Of a stretch of DNA of 64,000 bases, positions 12,120 through 21,077 are shown one piece after another. Numbering within the stretch: the stretch's first letter is position 1; each line of letters opens with the position of its first letter. The notes under the pieces are model-generated. The model was not told where the DNA came from, did no database searches, and saw only the letters and a program-made list of their open reading frames with translations. Origin of the DNA: Geosiphon pyriformis uo1 (taxonomy: Eukaryota; Fungi; Glomeromycota); contig JAAOMT010000071.1 in NCBI GenBank assembly GCA_016748015.1, positions 248,001 to 312,000 on the forward strand, given 5' to 3'. The position numbers and the translations under genes were made by a program.

Positions 12120-12807
12120 TAACCTCCTCCTCAAGACTGAGCTCCATTGAAATCCAAGCACTATCTGTAATGTCAAGATAGTGGTCTAAGATAATTGAAG
12201 TAATTTGCTCTGAAAATTGTTGAAATTTCAGTTCTGTGAGCTTTCCAATATATTGTATTTTCAATGATTGAAGTATTGGGCTTTGTAGGACGTTTTTACA
12301 AGTATTAAACAAGTCATAGAGTCTAAGAGCTGCTCTAAGTTTGTAGCAAGTGTTTGTTAATCCAGCTGCTATCTTGAATTCATTGTGAATTTGTTTTTGT
12401 ATGGCTTCTGGGGTGGTATTTGTTGCTTTAAGTTCTAGTTTTTGTTCATAAAATGTTTTTCCAATGCAGAAATATTTAAATATGAGAGTATATTTATTGT
12501 TTTGTTCATTAAGTAATAATAAAAGTTTTTGTTGTATTGTGGCATTTGGTGGAATGTCAATAGAGACAGATAAAAAGTTTTCTTTTAGTGCCTGCTTCAA
12601 AAGTTCTGGTAACCTATTCTCAGAGTGACTTCTTGTTTTTCTTCTATAGGGGTGGTAGTTCTGAGAATTATTTATTACTGAGGCTGTGGTTTTTTTCTGA
12701 ATGTAATTGATTTGACTTCCATTAATCATTATGGATAAGTCAGGAAGTGTTTTCAAGGCTAACATTAATTTTTGGAATATTTGTTAAATATTTCGGGAAA
12801 TAATTAT
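12100..12807 (-). pseudogene. A2 ORF3 (unknown, env position)
   Basis: 221-aa open frame 12100-12765 plus 14 upstream codons (start decayed to ATA, one CAA>TAA). Confidence 0.87.
12123..12132 (-). other. A2 polypurine tract GAGGAGGAGG
   Basis: 3 nt (TTA) upstream of the 3' LTR. Confidence 0.85.
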
Positions 12808-12965
12808 AATAAAATTGGCTAATTAGTGAAAAGAAAGAATATAGAAAAATTATTTTTTTTTTCGGGTTTGGAATTTTATTTGTTTTTGGGTTTTGGGTGT
12901 TTCGTAATTATTTATTTTTTTTGTCTTTTGTGTGTTATTAAAGATTATTGTAAAATTATGTTGAA

Positions 12966-14351
12966 TTAAGTGTTTAAGTTTGGTTGTTGTTCTATTATAA
13001 TTATTGGTTCTAAATTTCGGGGAATATCTTCAAGATTAATTAAAAGGGAATGTGTACCAATTTGTGGAATTAATGGTTCAGAATTGTTTCTGGAATGATA
13101 GTGTTTCAATTTATTTTTATGTGCAACTTTTGCTAGTACTTTGTCATCAAGTCTTAACTTGTATGATCTATTGCCTAGAATTTCGTGAATATAAAATGGT
13201 CCATCTCATTTGTTTTCAAATTTCCCATTCCATTGTTTTTCAGCCTTAGTTCTGTGTAAGAAAACTTTATTTCCTATTTTAAATTCGTTGGTTATGGGTG
13301 GTAATTTGTTGTTATGTCTTTCTTTTTGTTGAGCTTGGGAATGTTCAATATGAGTTGCTACTATCTTTCTTTTTCCTTTCAGTGTACTGAGAAGAGTATA
13401 GGCCCTTCTTTGGAGTGTTTCTTAAAAGTTTTCTTTATTGATTGGTTGCACTGGATATGTTTCTACTATGAAATTAATTGGTAATATTGCTGTCCTTCCA
13501 TAAGTAAGGTCAAATAGTGTGTGTTTTGTAGTATCTTGTTTTAGTGTTCTGTATGCTAGTAACACTGATAGAATAAAAATATCTCATTTCTGCTCAAAAT
13601 TTGTTGAGACTTTGGCCAATAATTCACACAATGTTCTGTTGAAATGTTTTACAAGTCCATTTGTTTGAGGGTGATAAGACGATGATAAAGATCTTTTGAC
13701 ATTGAATCATTCACAAATTTCTTGTATCAAGTTGTTTACAAAATGTGTTCCTTGATTAGATAAAAGTTCAATTGGGCATCCATGTTTACAAATAATGTCT
13801 TCATAGATAAAATTTGCTACTAATTTTGCATCTGCTCTTGGAATGGCTCTAGCTTTAGGCCATTTGGTAAGATAATCTACTGCTACTGCAATATAGTGAT
13901 TTCCTTGGGTTGTGATAGGTAATGGTCCGACTAAATCAATTTCAACTTTGTCAAATGGTTGTCCAATTTTGATTGGATTTAAAGGTTCTGTGGGACAAGT
14001 TCCTCTTTTTCTTTGACAACTATCACAAGATTCTACATATTATCAAATGTTTTTTTGCATGTGAGGCCAAAAATAATGTTCAAGAGTTCTTTGAATTGTT
14101 CTATCTTTTCCCAAGTGTGCTGAAGACGGATCTGTGTGCATGTTATATAAAATTGTTTTTTTTTCATTTTTCTGTACTAATCTGAGTGGTTGGTTTAGAT
14201 TTTTACGATTTTTGTAATAAATTTTGTTGTGGTGTATAAAATATTGTTTGGATTGGTGTTGTAATCGATGTTTTTCACTTGGAGACCAATTTTTTGGCAT
14301 GGTGAGGGTCTCCAAATAGTTTTTGATGTTGTTGTAGTTTTCTGGATCCAT
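12966..14351 (-). pseudogene. int: A2 stand-alone integrase (461 codons), disrupted
   Basis: Own ATG (MDPENY); H..H..CDSC; IDLVGPLP; YHPQTNGLV; WDGPF; LEPIIIIEQ. Confidence 0.93.
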
Positions 14352-14418
14352 TATTGTTGATTTTGTTGTTTGTTCTGCTGTTAAGTTTGTTGGTGTTTTG
14401 TTGGTGTTAATGTTGGTA

Positions 14419-17400
14419 TTAATATTGTCTCATTCTTGAGAGGCTATCAACATGAGTGTGTAGTTTTCCTGGTTTGTAATGTACAATGTATCTGTAGTCT
14501 GCTAGAAAGTCATTCCATTGAGACTGTTTGGCACTTTGTTCTGTTTTCTTTTTATTAAGCCATTTGAGGCCAATATTGTCAGTTATTATGTCAAATTTTT
14601 TTCCATTCTTCAGATATTGTTGAAAGTGTTTAAGAGTCCAGATGACTGCAGTGGCTTCCAATTTAGTTGAGCCATATTTGAATTCTGTTGGCTTGAGTGT
14701 TCTGCTGGCATAGGTGATAACTTTTTTCTGGCCATTTTCATCTAATTGTGATAAAATGGCACCAAATGCTATGTGTGAAGCATCAGTAGCTAATTGGAAT
14801 CATTTATTGAAGTCTGGGTAAGCAAAAACTGGGGCTGTTGTCAATTTTGTTTTGAGAGTTTCAAAAGCTTTTTGTTGTTCTTTAGTTCATTTGTATGATA
14901 TGTTTTTGTTGATAAGATAATTAAGTGGTTTGGCAATTTCTGAGAATCCTTTATAAATTTTTGATAGTAAGAGACTAATCCTACAAATTCTTGTAGTTCT
15001 GTGGTATTTCTAGAAGTTTAAAAGTTTTTGACAGCACTGATTGTTCCTGGGTTTGGTTTGACTCCATCTTTATTAACTATGTGTCCAAGAAAGATCAAGC
15101 TTGTTTTTCCAAAGTGACATTTTTCAATGTTTAACTTTAATCCTGCTTTTCATAATCATTGAAAAACTTCTCACAGGTGAATAAGATGGGCTTCAAAGCT
15201 TGGTGAATATACATCAGTGTCATCAAGATAGACAACTACTGATTGCCACAAGAATTCTTCATATACAACATCTATGAGTTGCTGGAATGTTGCTGGTGTA
15301 TTGCAGAGTCCAAAAGGCATAACATTGAACTCATAGTTTTCTCCCTGGGTGGTAAATGCTGTTTTGGGTCAGTCTTTTGGGTCTATTTCGACTTGTCAGT
15401 ATCTACTTTCCAAGTCCAAAGTTGAGAAGAACTTGGCTTTTCTTAAAGCATCTAACATGTCATCAATTCTTGGAAAAGGGTAGACATCTCCAATTGTCAC
15501 ACTGTTCAATTGGCGATAGTCAACACAAAATCTGATTTTTCCATTTTTCTTTTTGACAAGAACTACTGGTGAGGCCCAAGGACTTCTTGATGGTTGAATC
15601 AATCTGTTATTAAGCATTCTCTGGACTTTTTCTCTGATGAATTGATGACTGGCAGGTGGCATTCTGTAAGCTTGCTGACGTTTTATTAAAGCATCTCCTG
15701 TATGGATTTGATGTTGAATGATATCTGTTTTTCCCAGGTTATTGTTGTCTTTTGCAAATATATCTGCAAATTCAGCTATCAATTGTTTCAATTGTCTTTG
15801 TTGTTGAGGTTCTAAGGAACTCATGTTTTTCTTCCAAAAGATGGTAGTTTTTAGTGGTGAGAATGATATTTGGATTTGGGAGTAGAGTGTGCCTTACAAT
15901 TTCGATAAAATTAGAGACAATTTGAGGGTTTTCATCTTGAAAAATATTGCTGTGTATGATTCCAATCTTTAATTTGTTTAATAAGACAATAGAGTAATTA
16001 TTGGGATTGTAGAATATAACTCAAAATTTTTTCATTTCTTTGGGAATATAAACATTTGAAATTGAGATTTCATGTTTCAAACAGATTTGTTCATTGGATT
16101 CAAAGATTTGTTGTGTAATAGTGAGTTTTAAGCAAGTGTAAATTTCATAATATTCTCCAAAAGATGAAATGGTAATTGGTTGGGGAAGTTGAAGAATCTG
16201 GTAAGATTCATTTTGTATGTTTACTGACACTGTAAATTGTCCAGTTGAACCAAGATCTTGAGTTCCTCTTTCACTTTTTCCCAATTGTTCTCTGTTGTTA
16301 ACTGATTGTAGACCCGAAATTTTGATTAAGGATAGGTAAATTGCTTGAGCAATTTTTTCAGCATGTTCAATCTTAAATGGTTTTTCTGTTTCATTCTGCA
16401 ACATGATGGTAATGTCTCCAGTGTATTCTGCATCTATAACTTCTCTTCTAATATTGATTCTTTTGCTTGCCAATGATAATCTGGAGGCAATTTGAACCAT
16501 TGCTCCAGATGGAATTTCAAGAGCGATTTTGAGATTGATTTTTGTCAAAGACTTTGGTTGGAGAACCAAAGTATCTTTTCCTGGGTATCTTAGGTCATAT
16601 CCGACATCAATTTCATGTGCTTTTTCTGGTCTGATTCCTTGGCCATGGTTGTCAAAATATTTAAGTTGTAGAGGTGGTTGCTTTTTAAGGAGATAGATGG
16701 GGATGGTTGGTAGTTCTTCTACTAGTTCAAATACTTCAAATTCGATTTCATTTTCATCATTCTCATTTGGCAGAGGAATGCTAAGAGCATAGCATTCTAA
16801 ACACCATTGGTCATCACAAGGCATGATGCATTCTTCACACAATTGAATGTTTATTTGCTCTAATTGTCGAATTTAAGCTTCTTTGGTCGGATATGTGTGG
16901 CTTGCAATTTGGTGATATGTTTCTGTTTCATCTTCATAATCAAATCCAGCTAATTCCATAGTATACTCAATGTATTTAGCTTCTTTTATTTGACAGACAT
17001 CTTCTTGAGTGGCTCCATTGATCAATGCCATTGCTAGGTCAAAAATTATTTCAGCATCATAAGAGTAGTAGTAAAGTTTATTGAAAGCACTGTTGTATGC
17101 TACATCAAATGGTGTTCCTTTTCTAACTTTTTCCAAAATTGATAGAGCATATTGACAGGTTTGATCACATACTCCTCCTTTCATTGCAACATCAATTCAG
17201 TTGTATTCTTCTAGTAACATATTTCCACATGTAAGGCAAGGTGTGTTGTCCCATTTTCCACTTCTTTTTGGAGATTCAAATCGTTTTCTATGGCATGCTT
17301 TGCAAAAGTAACAGGTATGAGTTTCATATTCCTCTTCTGAAGAAATACATGTTCTCATTGATGAAAGTTTCTTGTTGTAATCTTTGCATTTGAGTGGAAT

Positions 17401-20022
17401 ATAGGGTGGTTGTTTCCATGGTTCTGGTGTAGAATATCTAACTTTCTTTTATTATCTTGATTCTTCAAAAATCTCCTGTTCTGTTTCTTCAGCCCAATTA
17501 GATATTGATCCAAAAGCCATGTAGGTTTCAGTAAGTGGCATTTTTTTCTTCTCTTCAAATTCAAATACTGGGGCTTTTTCTGATTGTTTGTTAAAAGTAC
17601 TACAAGTAGCAGGTACTATGGTGTATTGTCTTTGGTATGAGATTTTTAATTCCTGAGTTTCCCAGTCCAAGTTTGCATTGGCCTTAAGAAGCCAATTATT
17701 TCCGATCAGAGCTTGGTATTGGGGTGCATCCATGACTAGAACTTTGACTGGAATGGTGATTTCATCAATGGTAAATGGAAAATTGTCAATTTCTCCTACT
17801 GGTGTCTTTTTTATACCATCTGCTATAACAATTACAGTTTGGGCTGGTCTGTTAACAGTTCTTGGAAGCTGTTGTATTAACTGGTAGGTAATAATACTTT
17901 CAGCTGATTCACTGTCTAGAATTAGTCGAATGGGTTTTTCTTCTACTGTAGCTTCAGTATATATGGCAATGATAGCTTTTTGTTCATTAGCTGCTGTATT
18001 ACTAAGCAAGAATGGTGATTCATTTGCTTCAAATTCGAATGGGAATATATTTGAAAGGTTGGCATTTTGGACAATTTGAGCTGGTGAAATAGTGTTGTTG
18101 AAAGGGTTTGATCTGGGTGCTGCAACTTCATCTTCAGAAAGTGCAGGTTGTTGAAAATCCGATTCTTTTGGTATTGTAAGATAACTGGGTTGAGTGTGAT
18201 AGTGATTGGGTCTTTGTTGACCAGAATTTCAGAGAACCAACTGGTTATTTGGATTAATTCTGTTGTTGTTATTCTGAAATTGATTTTGTAATGTGAATTG
18301 GTTATGTTGAACCAATCTTCTTGCTGGTACTTGATATTGTTGAGTGAGTGGTATCTGATATTGCTAAATTGGTAAAGGTTGCTGATATTGTTGTTGAATT
18401 GGTTGTGGAGCTGGTTGATAATAGCTGTTTTGAATTTGTGGTCTCGGTAAATAATAAGTTGATGGTAGGGGTTGGTAATAAGATTGTTGTGGTAAAGAGT
18501 AATGTTGATTACTCCTGTTTTGTTGGTCTCTTTGTAGTTTCCTGCAATCTTGTTTCCAGTGTCCTGAAATTCCACAATAGTGACAATTTTGAGGTTGGTT
18601 GTTGGATGGTGGTCCAAAGTTGTTTTGATTGCATTGCTGTGATAGTTAATATTTTTGTGGTTGTTGCTGCTGTTGTTGCTGGTTTGTAAAATAGCTTTCA
18701 ATCTTCTTTGTGAGTTGGTTTATCTTTTCTTCAGCTGCTGAGCTGGTTTTTCCAATAGCCAAGTTAACAAGTTTGGTGTGATTTGCTTCTTCCATAGCCA
18801 TTTCATAATTCTTTGCATGTTTAATGGCAGTTGCCAAGTCTGCTAGAGCATGTGGATGGACTTTTTTAATCAGTTTGTCTTTTAACTCTGCTATAAACTG
18901 ATCCAGAATTTGAGCAGCAGAATAGTAGTTATTGGTTTCCAATTGTTGAATTTGTCTGAGAAGTTTGTTAAATCTTCCAAGATAGGTCATAACAGTTTCA
19001 AATATTTCTTGTTTGATATTGCGAAAGCGGTTCCTGAGAGTGATAGAGGTGTTGTTGTTGGTAAATTGTTGTAGAAAAGCATCTTTGAATGCTTGCCAGT
19101 TTTCAAATGGTTCTTCTAAATTTTTAAACCATTCTCTTGCTGTTCCTTGGAGAAAGTAGAAAATTGCTTTAAGCATTCTTGCTGCAATCCAACCATTTAC
19201 ATCTCCTGCTTTTTAAACTTTGTCGAGCCATTCTTGAGAACTGGTATCATTATCTTTACCTGTAAATTCTGGAATCTTTGCAATGTAAGCAGTTGCCATT
19301 TCCTCTTTGTTTTCTGTGGCTTTTTTTTGTTCTGATTCAGTTTCTTCATTTTCCAAATTTTCTGAATGATCACTTTCGTTTTCTTGCAAGTATTTAATAA
19401 TATTGGTGCTTGTTGATATAGGTTCCTGCTGTTGAGTAAGATTTTTAGGTGACTGAAAATCTTCTGGTCTGGAGAAATGGTTAAGTGGTGAATTTGGTGT
19501 TTGTGGTCAAGCAAGTGAAATTGGAAATGGTGTGATAGAAAGTGGTAATTTGACACTGGTTCTTTGTTCAGGTGTTTGCAAGTGTTTGGCAGTTGTCTTT
19601 GGTAGTATTGGAGTGTTTGGTGTGGTTTTTGAGTGTTGTTTCACTTTTTGTTTGCCTTTGTTGCCTGTTTCTGTTTCTGTTTCTGATTTAAAGTCAAAAG
19701 AGTATTTAGACTGTACTGGGTATTTTTCTTTATAATACTTGATAATGTTGTAATTGAGTTCTTGAAAGTAGGTGGCAAGTGTTTTACTGTTAAGGTCTTC
19801 AGTTCCCAATCATGAATAGTGTACTAAATTGTTGTAGAAATTGCTTCTCACTTCTGAAATATTGTAATTTCTAAGAAGATAATTGTTGATATGGTTTTCA
19901 ATGTATTGGTAGAGTGTTCTTTCAACAATTTCAATTCCATCTGGGATGTTGAATCTCTGCTTGCAATGGGTGTAAATTGACTGATAATACTTTAGAGTTG
20001 TTGTGTCTGGTGTGGTTGCCAC
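14419..20022 (-). pseudogene. gag-pol: A2 Gag-PR-Cys-rich-dUTPase-RT-RNase H polyprotein, disrupted
   Basis: ORF-track pieces starting 20067, 19809, 19176, 18009, 17184, 16842 share one frame; CHYCGISGHWKQDC; LDSESAESII; AHEIDVGYDLRY; SPWASPVVLVKKK..RFCVDYRQLN; YLDD ~15220; DSLSRMRQY-stop. Confidence 0.95.
16235..16670 (-). pseudogene. dut: A2 dUTPase domain
   Basis: DVGYDL, ASRLSLA, VIDAEYTG, EKIAQAI, RGTQDLGSTG (motifs 1-5 with substitutions). Confidence 0.92.
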
Positions 20023-20050
20023 TTTGAAGTTTGTTGTTGCTGTGTTATTT

Positions 20051-20066
20051 CTGTGGGAGAGCACCA
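20051..20066 (-). other. A2 primer-binding site TGGTGCTCTCCCACAG
   Basis: 2 nt from the 5' LTR; similar site in A3 (42798-42813). Confidence 0.85.
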
Positions 20067-20068
20067 AA

Positions 20069-21077
20069 TGTTACCAGAGGTTTTTGGTCTCTTTTCTTGA
20101 ATGTTGTAACTGTCTGTTGGTTGCAAATTCACGTTTTTTAGAAGTAGTTGAACCTCCAATAACTGAATTTATCTTCAAATTATCTCCTATAATTTGAACT
20201 GCTGGGCTTATAAGTGGAATGGCCAATTCCTTGTCAGTTATTTTATGTAGTTATATTGTAGTAAACGTCAACTCTTTCCCAGGAATTGCTCATCTGGAAG
20301 CTCACTAAAAATGTGTAGTTACTTTGCTGTGAAAGTCAACTCTTCTACAGGGATTTTATTTGTAGACTACCCTAATGATTATAATAAAAAAATAAAAGAA
20401 ATATAAAAGAAATGTAAAAGAAATTAAATTCTGTTAAGGAAAACATTTTCTATCCAGGCCTGGAGTCACTAACAGTTTACTGAAATTGGTAGTTAATCAA
20501 TTTCAAAATGTTAGTTGAGTTTTGGGGATTTTTCAAGTGCAATAATTAAAGAATTTGGTTTTTCAAATTATTTGATATTTATTTTTTTTTGTGTGTGTAA
20601 GAATGGTTCTAAGTGATAAATCTAAAGTAAGATACATTTTTCAGAAGAAAAAAGCTCTTCTTTTATACAACTTGTTGTAATACTAGTCTATGAACTTGCA
20701 CTTTTTTTCTTTGCTCAAATTTCGGCAAATTAAAGATATATTTTGATGAACTACCAGTTATTTTGCTGAACTATTGATTAATTTGGATGAACTATTCATA
20801 ATTTCGGCGAATTTCTATAAATTTCGGCGAATTTCATATAAATTTCGGCGAATTTGTAAATTTCGGCAAATTTTAGAATGTTACAAAGTTCAAGATATTG
20901 TGTAATTTGATCATCTTACTTTCTGTTGTACTAATTGGATTTTTAATTGAATCGTGATATGTGATAAATTGATTAAATAATAAGTGATAATTTGGATTGA
21001 TATTAACATGTTAATTACTGATAGGAATTATAAGAATAATTTTATGCTAATTAATAGCTAAAATTCTACTGGTAACA
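20069..21077 (-). repeat. A2 5' LTR
   Basis: TGTTACCAG...GGTAACA; TATAAAA at 20661-20667 (minus). Confidence 0.96.
20718..20876. repeat. ~21-bp period tandem array with core ATTTCGGCGAA in family-A U3
   Basis: About 8 degenerate units; also at 11758-11916, 3180-3275, 34588-34702, 43465-43582. Confidence 0.8.

Larger units (their letters stand above)
11109..21077 (-). mobile_element. Full-length gypsy copy A2 (~10 kb) inserted in the Cys-rich domain of B1
   Basis: Paired LTRs, PBS, PPT; flanks GTGG/ACAG both derive from GCGG by transitions; host codons D-C-G-K-K-L rejoin. Confidence 0.97.

Noticed and set aside
12966-13110. Chromodomain at the integrase C-terminus
   Set aside because: Only ~45 residues follow the GPF module and no YxVKW-type motif is present.
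15824-16021. Programmed frameshift between dUTPase and RT in A2
   Set aside because: Coincides with an apparent deletion relative to A3; B1 keeps one frame across this region.
17943-18701. 252-aa alternative-frame ORF overlapping A2 gag, and the many short antisense ORFs
   Set aside because: Shadow frames of CAA-rich coding sequence; not kept at this length in A3; no motifs.
20718-20876. Regularly spaced short repeats resembling a CRISPR array
   Set aside because: Period ~21 bp with no unique 30-40-bp spacers, inside a eukaryotic LTR, repeated in each LTR, no cas genes.
11109-21077. Dating insertions from LTR-LTR divergence
   Set aside because: Differences are dominated by directed C>T/G>A changes, so a neutral clock does not apply.
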